Part shown: positions 20,078-29,619 of the stretch, piece after piece
Position numbering within the stretch: the first letter of the stretch is position 1
How the letters are laid out: each line of letters opens with the position of its first letter
Source of the DNA: Planctomycetota bacterium
GTDB lineage: Bacteria > Planctomycetota > GCA-002687715 > DRQF01
NCBI GenBank assembly: GCA_036479435.1
Contig: JAZGFI010000030.1
Location: 1 to 41,837 of the forward strand
Length of the DNA stretch: 41,837 nt
Reading direction: 5' to 3'
Translations under genes and position numbers: made by a program
Notes under the pieces: generated by a model
Told to the model about the DNA's origin: nothing
Seen by the model: only the letters and a program-made list of their open reading frames with translations
Databases searched by the model: none

Positions 20078-21236
20078 CCCGCGAAGCGAAAATAATGGCG
20101 TCGTAGGTTCCATAGCTCTCAACGGTTTCGAATCCCGCGCGAAAAAAGTAACGCGTGATGTAGCGAATGTCCTTCATGACCAGCGCACGATCGTGGCGAC
20201 GATCCTTTCGATCCAAAGGGCGCCGCAACAAGTCCTCGGTTCCATAGTGGCAGTTGGGAATCGACAAGAGCAGGCTAGCGCGAGGCTCAAGGAGATGAAC
20301 CGCCGCTTTCAAAAGGCTCTCGCGATCGACACCACGGCATTGAATGGTGTTCAAGATCAAGACCGCGTGCATCGGTGGCAAGCCCAATTTTCCTAGCGCG
20401 TTGAGGTCGGCTTCGAAGAAATTCTCGGCTTGATCGGGAAAACGCTCGCGCGCCGCCGCGATCGCCGATGATGCGAGGTCAACGCCATAAATATCAAGGT
20501 CGGGGCCCGCAACTTCAAGCGCGAGTTCCAGTTCACGCCCGTCATTGCAACCCAGCGCCAAGACTCGATGGCCGGGCTTCAGTCGGAAGCGCGACATCCC
20601 GTAAAGCAAATCGTCGAGAATCTCCGGCTCTTCGAGTCGGTCGAAACGTCGGTAGCAAGAGGCCTGCCCGTAACGGTCCTCGTCTGAGGCGCGCGCCTCG
20701 GACTCAGATTCAGACTCCTGAGCTGGTTCGTGAGCGCTAGTGTGAAAAGCACTTCCAGGAGCCTGCTTCTCGAGCGCGAGGCAAAAAAACTCGCCGCCGT
20801 CGCCCAGGGCAAGCGGCGTCGTGAATCGCAGCGGGAACAGTCGGGCAAGTTCAAGATAGTGCCGCCAGGGACGATAGCGCTCGCCTTCCGCGAAGATCTC
20901 TCCCGGCCAAGACCCGGCTCTAAGTCCGACGTCGGGATTTCGGAATACGAAAATCAACCGCCGCCCTGGTCTAAGGGCCGAGGCCGCGCGGTGCGCCAAG
21001 CGCCGTAGCCGCACCATGCTCAGTTCGTTGGATAGGGCATCGAGAACCAGATCGTGACCCAGGGCCCCCAAGGCTTTGAAGTCACCCAGCTCGGCGTCGA
21101 GATCGATCGTCGAAAACCCCTCGCCTGCCGCGGCCCCGACGAGGGGGTGATGATCGCAAACTCCTACTAAATAGCAGCTTCTGGCATCTATGTGCCGGAG
21201 AAGGGCCGTTCGCGCTTCGGGGCCAAATGGATTCAT
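20055..21236 (-). CDS. Class I SAM-dependent methyltransferase
   Basis: C-terminal VLALGCNDGRE, GVDLA..AI..A, FFEADL; the N-terminal part looks like a degenerate methyltransferase-fold half. Confidence 0.75.
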   Translation of the reverse strand: MNPFGPEARTALLRHIDARSCYLVGVCDHHPLVGAAAGEGFSTIDLDAELGDFKALGALGHDLVLDALSNELSMVRLRRLAHRAASALRPGRRLIFVFRNPDVGLRAGSWPGEIFAEGERYRPWRHYLELARLFPLRFTTPLALGDGGEFFCLALEKQAPGSAFHTSAHEPAQESESESEARASDEDRYGQASCYRRFDRLEEPEILDDLLYGMSRFRLKPGHRVLALGCNDGRELELALEVAGPDLDIYGVDLASSAIAAARERFPDQAENFFEADLNALGKLGLPPMHAVLILNTIQCRGVDRESLLKAAVHLLEPRASLLLSIPNCHYGTEDLLRRPLDRKDRRHDRALVMKDIRYITRYFFRAGFETVESYGTYDAIIFASRVRFPSSG

Positions 21237-21332
21237 TTCAAAGGTTAGCAGCTGAACTGCCGTCCCGACTGCATCTTTTCCCAGTCTTAGCCGATAAGCG
21301 AGGAGCGGAACGGGTCCAATTCGGGAGACAAC

Positions 21333-22469
21333 ATGCGCGTCCTGGTGACGATGGGAACGAGACCGGAGGCCCTCAAACTCGCGCCTTTGATCAACTTATT
21401 GGAAAAGGCCGCTCCCGACGTGGAGCTGGTCTTGGTTTCCACTGCGCAGCACCGTGAACTCCTCGATCCTGTTCTGAACCTCTTCGACCTCAGGCCTGAC
21501 TACGACTTAGGCGTCATGCGCCCCGGGCAAAGCTTGGCCCAACTTCACGCTCGATTGCTCACCGGGCTCAATGATGTCTTGGAAGGCGAAAAGCCCGACC
21601 GCGTCATCGTTCAAGGGGATACGACGACCGCGATGGCAGCGGCGCAAGCCGCATTCTATCAGGGCATCCCCGTCGCCCACGTCGAAGCCGGATTGCGCTC
21701 GCATGACCCGCTCTCGCCTTTTCCCGAAGAGGCCAACCGCCGCGCGATCTCGCTGTACGCTGATCTGCACTTCGCGCCAACCGTTGGAGCTAGCAAAAAC
21801 CTCATCGATGAAGGCATCCCTAGCAGCAAGATTCGCGTCACCGGCAACAGCATCGTCGACGCGCTAGAGACTATTCGACCGCGCTTACTCACCCGCAACG
21901 TCCGACAAGAGCTGAGCCTTCCGCAGGATGGGCCGCTTCTTCTCGTGACGGCCCATCGCCGCGAAAATCACGGCGATGGCCTCCGGGACATCGCGAAGGC
22001 CCTTGAAGAATTGGCCACGCCCCAAGATCAGATTCAAACTCCCGCCCTGGCTTTGATCTTGCACCCGAACCCGGCCGTGCAGGGCTGCTTTCGATCGCGC
22101 TTTGAAGAGCATTCCCGAATCAGATTGCTCGAACCCATGGACTATCCCACTTTCCTTGGACTGCTTTCACAAGCCACCGTCGTGCTCAGCGATTCGGGCG
22201 GCGTCCAAGAAGAAGCCCCGAGCCTCAAGGTCCCGCTGCTCGTCCTCCGCGATTCAACGGAACGCCCCGAGGGCATCGAGGCCGGAGTTGCCCGTCTCGT
22301 CGGCACCGACCCGTTAACCATCGTCCGCGAAACCAATCGCCTTCTGCGTGACCCCGCCGCTCGCCAATCCATGTTGGCATCGGACAGCCCCTACGGCGAC
22401 GGCCGCGCTTCGGAGCGGATGCTACAGGCCATTTGCGAATCCCGAGCCCTGGAGCTCAGCGTCGTATGA
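21333..22469 (+). CDS. wecB: UDP-N-acetylglucosamine 2-epimerase (non-hydrolysing)
   Basis: GTRPEALKLAP, QHRE, QGDTTT, HVEAGLRS, PFPEE.NR, TAHRREN, DSGGVQEEAP, TERPEG, PYGDG; SD GGAG. Confidence 0.97.
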   Translation: MRVLVTMGTRPEALKLAPLINLLEKAAPDVELVLVSTAQHRELLDPVLNLFDLRPDYDLGVMRPGQSLAQLHARLLTGLNDVLEGEKPDRVIVQGDTTTAMAAAQAAFYQGIPVAHVEAGLRSHDPLSPFPEEANRRAISLYADLHFAPTVGASKNLIDEGIPSSKIRVTGNSIVDALETIRPRLLTRNVRQELSLPQDGPLLLVTAHRRENHGDGLRDIAKALEELATPQDQIQTPALALILHPNPAVQGCFRSRFEEHSRIRLLEPMDYPTFLGLLSQATVVLSDSGGVQEEAPSLKVPLLVLRDSTERPEGIEAGVARLVGTDPLTIVRETNRLLRDPAARQSMLASDSPYGDGRASERMLQAICESRALELSVV

Positions 22470-25400
22470 ACAAGACTCGCCAAAAATGCACGCCTCTCGA
22501 TTGGGTGCGTAACAACTTGTTGCCTCAGGGCGGGATCGCCGTTTCGAGCCTGCAACAGGTTTCCTACCCGGAGGTGAGTGGTTACTTCGTACCCACTTTG
22601 CTGAAGGCCGGTGAAGAGAGACTCGCTCAGAGTCTTTTGACTTGGCTCGTCTCGATTCAGAACAAAGACGGCTCCTTCAATGATCCCGCGGACGTCGAGA
22701 GCTACTCTTTTGACACCGGCCAGATCTTGCGCGGACTGGTAGCTGGACTCGAACGAGATCCCGGCTTAGAAATCCCGGCTCGCGCCGCCGCTGACTGGCT
22801 CATCGACAATGCCGGCAGCGACGGCCGATTGCGCTGCCCGACCTCCCGCGACGCTTGGGACCTCGGCGACCGCGGCAGTATCAGCGAAGCCGTCCACCTT
22901 TACTGTCTGCCGCCACTAGTTGCCCTCGGCGAACAGCTCGGCGAACGCCGCTATCTGGAGTTCGCCCAAAAAAGTCGCGATGCCTACCTCGCGCTTTGCG
23001 AGCTCGCGCGCTTCGAATCCCGCAATCAGCTCACTCACCTTTACTGCTACGTACAAGATGCTCTGTTTGATCTCGGCGCCCACGAGGCAGCTCAAGCCGG
23101 AATGGCGGCGCTCGCGCGCTATCAACGTAACGACGGGAGTATCCCCGCCTACTTTGACGTCAACTGGGTTTGCAGCCCCGGCCAAATTCAGTCCGCCATC
23201 ATCTGGAAGAAACTCGGCGATGGAGCCCGAGCGACCGCAGCCTTCGAGTTTGCGCAAGACCTCATGCAAACCAGCGGAGCTTGGCTCGGATCTTACGGCG
23301 AAGGCGCCGACTACTTTGCCAACGACGAGCCGAGCTGGGCCGTCAAGTTCTATTTGGATGCCGCCGCACTCATGTCTGAGTCTGACTCACCCGGCGCCAG
23401 TTCCTCGCCCCCGCCGAAGACTCAGGACGATGCACCTGAGCGCCGGGGCAAGACCCTCGACTCGAACCTGCCGCCCGACGAATGGCACGACAGCATCGCG
23501 GGCGATGTCGACGCTGCTAAGGTGATGGCCCGAATCCGCAAGCACGAAGTTCCGGCCTGGATCGAGCCCGTTCGCGAACAAACTCAAGCGGGTCAACGGG
23601 TCTTGGAACTCGGCAGCGGAACCGGAGAACTCTCCGCCGAGCTGGCCCGAGACGGACGCGAAGTCACTTTGGTCGACTTCAGTGACAAGTCCTTAGAACT
23701 TGCGGAAGCAGTCTTTGCCGGGCTTAACCTCCAAGGCACTTTCACTCAGGCCGATGTCTTGAAGCGCTTGCCCTTTCCCGACGATCACTTCGACTGCGTT
23801 TGGAGTAGCGGCCTTCTAGAGCACTTTGACGACGATCAAATTGCCCACATCGTGACCGAGTCCGCTCGGGTCTCCCGCGGCTTAGTGCTGGCCTTAGTTC
23901 CCAACGCGCGGAGCTTCCCCTACCGTTTGGGAAAATGGCATCAGGAAAAATGCGGCGATTGGTTGTGGGGACGAGAAGATCCCAAGCACGACCTGAGCGC
24001 TGTCTTTACTGCCGCCGGACTTGTGGCGATTGAAGAGACTTCGATCGCGGCTCGACATGCGCTCAACTTCCTTGAGATGCCCGAGGCTGCAAGCCTGAAG
24101 TCCCTCATTGCGGAGTTCTACGACTCTTTGCCCGCCTCAGACCTGAAGGCGATGCAGCAGGGCTACTTGTTGGTCACCACGGGCAAAAAGTCTCAAGTCT
24201 CAAGCACCCGGAGCTCTAAGGGTGCCAAACAAAAGGCAAAAAAGTCATCCCCGAAGAAGTCGAGCCACAAGCCGCCAAGATCAAGTAAGCCCGGCACCTT
24301 CCGGCGCCTGGCCGTCATACCCCACGACCCGCTGCATGAGTACGAAGACGCGGGGTATCCGGATCTCACTCGCTACTTCAATCCCACTGGCTTGTTCGAC
24401 GAAGTGTTCTGCCTTTCTCCCTACGAAACCGTCGAGCACCGCCGCTACGGCATGAAAGTCATCCCGACTCCAGCCGGGCAATTGGCGGATCGCATTCGCG
24501 AGCTGAACATCGACGTCGTGCGCGCCTATGACGTCTTCGCCGGTCGCCATGCCGCCGCGGAGCGCGTGTTTGGGGTGCCACTCGTGGTGTCCGTTCACGA
24601 TTCAGAGCGAGGACGATTCGAACCAGGCCTCCCAGATGCTGACCGCTTCATCGCCATCAGCAATGTCGTCGAGAACCGCCTTTTGGAATTCGGTGCGGAC
24701 AAGAATCGAATCGACCGCCTGCCGAATCGCGTTGATCTTGAAGTCTTCCGACCGTCTCCAGATCCCGCTCGCAAAGCGGCGTTCGAGGCGCGTTTCCCGG
24801 GCCGCTATCGCATCCTGCACGTCGGCCGAAAGTCGGAACAGAAAAACATCGATCAAACTCTCCGAGCCCTCGCAGAACTCGGAAAAGACTATTGCGGCAT
24901 TTTCGTGGGCCGAGGCGACAACGGGCCCTACCAGGAACTCGCTCAGAAACTGGGTCTTGCAGACCGTTGCTACTTCCTAGATTCTGTCCCAAACGCTCAG
25001 CTCTCTCATTGGTATCAAGATGCGGATTGCCTCTGCGTGCCTTCACGGTGGGAGGGCTTTGGAATCATCTTCATCGAAGCTCTCGCGAGTGGAGCGGCGG
25101 TGGTCACGAGCGACATCCAGCCCATGAACGAGTTCATGGCCGACGGAGTCAATTCTTTGTTGGCACCCGACCCAGAGGACTCTTCGGGAATCGCGGCTCG
25201 TATTCGTATGGCCTGCGAAGACCATTCCATCCGTGACCGCATTCGCGAACGGGCGCCGAAGGCTGCCATACCGTTCAGCCGAGAATCGATCGACTCCCGC
25301 GAAGCAAATCTCTATCGATCGCTGCTTGCTACGCGAGACAACTATCGCATTGAAGTATCTTCGCGTCTAACGGAGTCGACAGCCGCGAAACCCCTTCCCA

Positions 25401-26407
25401 GCCACAACTTCACGGTCCAAGCCCTGCAACGGAGCCTCGCTCCGGCTTGGGATGAAGTCGTCAACAGTTCTCCCGATGCTTGGTTTTTTCATTCCTTCGA
25501 CGAGCAAGTTCTTTTGGAAGAAGCCTGGCCGGGCGAGACATTCAGTTTTGTCGTCGAGGTCGAAGGACGCACGGTCGCGGTCTGTCCTCTCCAACGCTGG
25601 CGCTACGACCCCGGAGTTCTGCATTCGACCTTGATGGGAACCGGCGGCCCTGCCCTCGCCGACGACCTGACCGCGAACGACCGACAAGCGGTCTTGGAGT
25701 TCACTTTCGGGGTCCTAAGGAACATGGTCGGTCACGATCGCATACGACAAGTCAGCATCTCATTGCCACCCGGGAGCCGAACCTGTCGCGCATCCTGGAA
25801 CCATGGCCTGAACCCGCTGTCAGCGCAGGGATTTCAAGACGTTTCGACGACCACCAGCGTCATCGACTTAAGCCGAGGCCTCGACGAGATCCTTGCGAAC
25901 CTGCACCCTAGCTATCGCCACGACATTCGCCGCGCAGAAAAATCGGGTTTGACGGTTGAACTCGCAACGAAACCATCAGACCTCGACGCCTACTACGCCT
26001 TGCACGAAGAAACCTACCACCGCACCGGGGTCGAGCCTCACCCGCGAGCCTATTTCGAATCGATCTTCAAACACTTCGTGAGCTGCGGCCGGGCCCATTG
26101 GTTCATGGCCAAGCACGAGGGGTCGATCATCGGTGCCGCCAACATCGCTCACGCCAACGACTGGTCGATGTACTGGACAGGTGCCTATTCCCAAGACGCG
26201 CTCCATCTTCGCGCGGGCAAGCTACTGCAGTGGGAAGCCATCAAGTGGGCGCATGGAAAAGGCCTCGCCTTTCACGAAACCGGCGAGGTTTTCCCCCTCG
26301 CCGACCCCAAGTCTAAAGAAGCCGGGTTGACCCTCTTCAAGCGTCGATTCGGCGGTCGCTACGTCCCCTTCTTTCGTGGTATCTACGACGGAAACTCGAG
26401 TTCATGA
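22466..26407 (+). CDS. Four-domain enzyme: alpha/alpha-toroid domain + SAM methyltransferase + GT4 glycosyltransferase + GNAT/FemAB-like domain
   Basis: ATGA overlap with wecB. YPEVSGYFVPTL..WL...QNKDGSF..FDTGQILRGL; VLELGSGTG..FDCVWSSGLLEH; HVGRKSEQKN..PSRWEGFGIIFIEALASG; R.DIRRAEK.G..LQWEAIKWA..GL..FKRRFGG. Confidence 0.85.
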   Translation: MNKTRQKCTPLDWVRNNLLPQGGIAVSSLQQVSYPEVSGYFVPTLLKAGEERLAQSLLTWLVSIQNKDGSFNDPADVESYSFDTGQILRGLVAGLERDPGLEIPARAAADWLIDNAGSDGRLRCPTSRDAWDLGDRGSISEAVHLYCLPPLVALGEQLGERRYLEFAQKSRDAYLALCELARFESRNQLTHLYCYVQDALFDLGAHEAAQAGMAALARYQRNDGSIPAYFDVNWVCSPGQIQSAIIWKKLGDGARATAAFEFAQDLMQTSGAWLGSYGEGADYFANDEPSWAVKFYLDAAALMSESDSPGASSSPPPKTQDDAPERRGKTLDSNLPPDEWHDSIAGDVDAAKVMARIRKHEVPAWIEPVREQTQAGQRVLELGSGTGELSAELARDGREVTLVDFSDKSLELAEAVFAGLNLQGTFTQADVLKRLPFPDDHFDCVWSSGLLEHFDDDQIAHIVTESARVSRGLVLALVPNARSFPYRLGKWHQEKCGDWLWGREDPKHDLSAVFTAAGLVAIEETSIAARHALNFLEMPEAASLKSLIAEFYDSLPASDLKAMQQGYLLVTTGKKSQVSSTRSSKGAKQKAKKSSPKKSSHKPPRSSKPGTFRRLAVIPHDPLHEYEDAGYPDLTRYFNPTGLFDEVFCLSPYETVEHRRYGMKVIPTPAGQLADRIRELNIDVVRAYDVFAGRHAAAERVFGVPLVVSVHDSERGRFEPGLPDADRFIAISNVVENRLLEFGADKNRIDRLPNRVDLEVFRPSPDPARKAAFEARFPGRYRILHVGRKSEQKNIDQTLRALAELGKDYCGIFVGRGDNGPYQELAQKLGLADRCYFLDSVPNAQLSHWYQDADCLCVPSRWEGFGIIFIEALASGAAVVTSDIQPMNEFMADGVNSLLAPDPEDSSGIAARIRMACEDHSIRDRIRERAPKAAIPFSRESIDSREANLYRSLLATRDNYRIEVSSRLTESTAAKPLPSHNFTVQALQRSLAPAWDEVVNSSPDAWFFHSFDEQVLLEEAWPGETFSFVVEVEGRTVAVCPLQRWRYDPGVLHSTLMGTGGPALADDLTANDRQAVLEFTFGVLRNMVGHDRIRQVSISLPPGSRTCRASWNHGLNPLSAQGFQDVSTTTSVIDLSRGLDEILANLHPSYRHDIRRAEKSGLTVELATKPSDLDAYYALHEETYHRTGVEPHPRAYFESIFKHFVSCGRAHWFMAKHEGSIIGAANIAHANDWSMYWTGAYSQDALHLRAGKLLQWEAIKWAHGKGLAFHETGEVFPLADPKSKEAGLTLFKRRFGGRYVPFFRGIYDGNSSS

Positions 26408-28620
26408 ACGACAACTGGAGCATCTATGAGTCTCAGTACACCGGGCGCAAGTATGCCGACGCCTCTGGTGACGACTACTTCTCGAGTCTGATCCGTACTC
26501 GCCTCGAACCAATCCTGAAACTTCCAGAGCACTCCCGCATCCTCGATCTCGGCTGCGGCAATGGTTCGTTCATGTTCCCGCTCCTCGACTGCGGATTCGA
26601 AGTCACCGGCCTTGACTACAGCCCGGCGATTCTCGAAGAACTCCGCGTTATTGCCGGCGAGCGCAACCAGAGTCGGTGCAGCATAGACTTGGTCGAGGGA
26701 GACGCCCGCGATCTGCCCTTCAAAGACGATCATTTCGATGGTCTTCTGAGTTTTGCCGTCCTCTATGCGATTCAAGAGCTCGACGCGGTGTTCTCTGAGA
26801 TCCACCGAGTTCTTAAACCCGGCGGTGTCGCTTTTATCGATCTTGGCAACTCCAATAGCCTCAACGATGCCGAAGCTCTCCGCGCCGGCACGAACCTTGC
26901 GCTTCGACATCTGCGCCCCGAAGCCATGCGATCGCTTCTGACCGCGGCCGAGCTGCAAATCGTAGATGAACGCGTTCTCCAAGCTTTCCCCTACTGGGGT
27001 GGCGGCACCGAACGGGCTCTAAACTCGCTCAATCCGATGCTCGTCAAACGTATGGCACGCCAATCCCGCGGCAAGATGCTCGATGAGCTGGTGTCATCAT
27101 CAGCGCTCGCTCGGGAGTTTGGATTCCGCTATGTCTTCACGCTGAGAAAACCGCTCGCCAACGAGGACTTCTCTGGCTTCGCCGAACCCAAGCTCGACGC
27201 GAAAACAGCGCGGGCCTGGTTTGAAGCGCCACGCGTTGCCGCCAGAGATCGCGCACGCGAGTACACCAAGCGCAATCGCATCACCGAGTCCGTCTCAATT
27301 CTATGCGACCTCATCGAGGCCGATCCCAGCGACTTCGCCAGTCTGGTCCAGCTCGCCGAACTCTACGAAGGCGATCGTGAAGAACTCGTCGCCGCTCGAA
27401 TGCGATCACGCCTTGAGTCCGTCATTGCTGAGCTCGGTCTGCAAGAACAACGTGGCGCAGATATTCCGGCAACTCACGACCGCTCTTACGCGACGGTAGA
27501 GGGCCTCAATAGTCCCCTTATCAGCGTCGTGCTGCCAACCTTCAATCAAGACCGCTACCTTCCGCGGGCTGTCTCCAGCCTCCTAAACCAGACCTACGAG
27601 CGCTTCGAGCTCATCGTCGTCAACGACGGGTCGACCGATGGCACCGCGGAGTACCTCGACCGCTTGTGCGACCCCAGGCTTCGCATCATCCACCAAGAGA
27701 ACGCGGGCCTTCCCAAAGCTCTCAACCGCGGATTCGAGTCGTCGCGAGGCGAGTATCACACATGGGTCTCCTCTGACAATATTGCGGCGCCCAACTTTTT
27801 GGAGTCGCTACTTGGAGCCTTGGAATCGAATCCCGAAGCGGGATTTGCGGCCTCGAACTTCGCGTGGGTCGACGAAAACGACAAGCTGCTGCGGGTCACG
27901 CAGGATCAAGATCTCAGTTATCGCAGCCTCGTAACTCTGAATCCCGGCATCGCCGCCTTTTTGTACCGTAGTAAGCTCGCGCAAGAAGTAGGTGACTACG
28001 AGCCCAGCCTCGAAGGCGCCGAAGACTGGGACATGTGGATTCGTCTCGTCGAACAAGCCCCCGCCGTTCACGTTCCGGAAACGCTCTACTTCTACCGCGA
28101 GCACCAAAAAAGCATGAGTGCCACGATGTCCGAGAAAGTGCGCGAAGCGAGCGTCAAGGTCATCAACCGCGCTTTCGAACGCCAGGGCTGCGAGCTGGAC
28201 CTCGACATGCTTTACCCGGGTCTTGCCGATTGTTCTGATCGCGATCGCGCCGGGGCCGACGCCTGTTTCGACTTTGGTAACCGGCTGTTGCAATCGCCCT
28301 TCGCGACCCCAGCCTTGGCGGCGGTATTCTTCAAGACCGCCTTGGAGCTGGCCCCCGACTCTCCCGCCCCCGAGGCCAACCTCTGCGTGGCTCTCGCCGC
28401 GGACGGAAAGTGGGATGAGGCGCTCTCTAGATCTCGCACCCTCGCCAAAAAAGAAGGCGCCACTTTTCAGGAAATCTGGCAGGCCTTGCGCCAAGCCCAC
28501 CGTGCCGGGAATCCCGCCGCCCTATCTCAAGTGCCCATCTTCCAGCTCTTGGGCCAGGCCGAGATCTTCCAGTGCGAAAAAAACCTCGTCTACCGAGGAC
28601 TTCCGCTGCACCGCAGTTGA
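26404..28620 (+). CDS. SAM methyltransferase + GT2 glycosyltransferase fusion with TPR-like helices
   Basis: ILDLGCGNG, GDARDLPF, RVLKPGG; ISVVLPTFNQ, IVVNDGSTD, N.G...ALNRG, AEDWDMW. ATGA overlap. Confidence 0.9.
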   Translation: MNDNWSIYESQYTGRKYADASGDDYFSSLIRTRLEPILKLPEHSRILDLGCGNGSFMFPLLDCGFEVTGLDYSPAILEELRVIAGERNQSRCSIDLVEGDARDLPFKDDHFDGLLSFAVLYAIQELDAVFSEIHRVLKPGGVAFIDLGNSNSLNDAEALRAGTNLALRHLRPEAMRSLLTAAELQIVDERVLQAFPYWGGGTERALNSLNPMLVKRMARQSRGKMLDELVSSSALAREFGFRYVFTLRKPLANEDFSGFAEPKLDAKTARAWFEAPRVAARDRAREYTKRNRITESVSILCDLIEADPSDFASLVQLAELYEGDREELVAARMRSRLESVIAELGLQEQRGADIPATHDRSYATVEGLNSPLISVVLPTFNQDRYLPRAVSSLLNQTYERFELIVVNDGSTDGTAEYLDRLCDPRLRIIHQENAGLPKALNRGFESSRGEYHTWVSSDNIAAPNFLESLLGALESNPEAGFAASNFAWVDENDKLLRVTQDQDLSYRSLVTLNPGIAAFLYRSKLAQEVGDYEPSLEGAEDWDMWIRLVEQAPAVHVPETLYFYREHQKSMSATMSEKVREASVKVINRAFERQGCELDLDMLYPGLADCSDRDRAGADACFDFGNRLLQSPFATPALAAVFFKTALELAPDSPAPEANLCVALAADGKWDEALSRSRTLAKKEGATFQEIWQALRQAHRAGNPAALSQVPIFQLLGQAEIFQCEKNLVYRGLPLHRS

Positions 28621-28701
28621 GGTGAGTAAGGTCAACCCGTGGAGGTCGCGGCACTACCTGTTTCGAGGAAAATCTGCTCCCGGCTCGTCAAGTGCATCAT
28701 C

Positions 28702-29100
28702 CTAGTTGGCGGCTGGCTCAAGGGTGAAGTCGAGGTCCTTAGTCACAAACCCCTCGATCGGCGCGGTCTTTTCGCCCGTGGCTCGGTCCGGAAGCAGGTA
28801 GTACCCCATCAAGACTTCCTTCATCGACATCTTTTCTGATCCGATGGGTTTGATCCTGAAATGGGCGGAGAACTGCCCCACCCGCTCGACCATTCTTGTG
28901 AACCCTTTGAATTCGAACCCGACCAACTCTCTGCGATCGAAGGACAAGAAATAGGTCAGGAAATCATCAACGCGGCACGTGAAATAATCATCTGCAGTGG
29001 CATGGCAGGTCAGCGCATCGTCATCTGAATCGAAATAGAAGTGCGGTTTGAACTCCGAAGGAGGGTTCGCTGCGACGTGTTTCTTCAGTTCGTCGGCCAT
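28702..29100 (-). CDS. Hypothetical acidic protein, DUF2283-like
   Basis: SD GGGAG; FYFDSDDDAL...ELVGFEFKG resembles the Y-D-x-x-x-D-x-L / ++G+E+ pattern of DUF2283. Overlaps the upstream gene by 16 nt. Confidence 0.6.
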   Translation of the reverse strand: MADELKKHVAANPPSEFKPHFYFDSDDDALTCHATADDYFTCRVDDFLTYFLSFDRRELVGFEFKGFTRMVERVGQFSAHFRIKPIGSEKMSMKEVLMGYYLLPDRATGEKTAPIEGFVTKDLDFTLEPAAN

Positions 29101-29494
29101 AGTCTTCTCCCGAATCGATCTGAGTACCCTTCTGGAAGTGAGGAGTCAACGGCGGAACACCTTTCGAACCGCCATTTTCGTATTCGACCCTCTCGACTAA
29201 TGAATACCAAAAACACAAATCCAGGGGGAGCGGGAACTTCTGCATCGAGCCCCCCCAAATATCGAATCCTGGGTGACGAGACGAAACAAAAATCGCGTTC
29301 TCGACCCTCTCGGCTCAAGCCCTCAAAGACGGCCCTCGGAGACTTGAGAGATTGAGGAATGAGGAATGAGGAATGAGCAGCATGTCGTAGTAGCTCTGAG
29401 GCGCGAAGTTTCGGACTCTTCTCACAACCTGGTTGGGTATCGTCGTTGTCCATCTCCCTCCGTCGAGGGGGTTAAGCGTGTCTTGTACGTCCAT
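29085..29494 (-). pseudogene. Hypothetical protein gene, apparently frameshifted at a 7-nt tandem repeat (pseudogene or phase-OFF allele)
   Basis: The frame from ATG 29494 (MDVQDTLNPLDGGRW...YYDMLLIP) joins the C-terminal frame (LIPQSLKSPRAVFEGL...RFGRRLWPTN) exactly if two repeat units are removed. As given, it stops after 59 aa at 29315. Confidence 0.6.
29353..29377. repeat. 7-bp tandem repeat (GAATGAG) x3 plus partial, intragenic
   Basis: tgag-gaatgag-gaatgag-gaatgag read directly from the sequence. Confidence 0.92.
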
Positions 29495-29619
29495 CGTGAC
29501 GAGTAGTTAGCTTCTGCTGAGGGAATGCGATGGCCCTTCCAATTCTGGGCCTACGCCGTGAAAGCCGTACTTTTTGGCCAAGAGTGACGGGCAAAAGTGA
29601 AAAGATCTCTGAACTGAAT

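Noticed and set aside
28622..28630. GTGAGTAAG shared with 5132-5140, near both accessory segments
   Set aside because: Only 9 bp with no extended similarity; compatible with chance.
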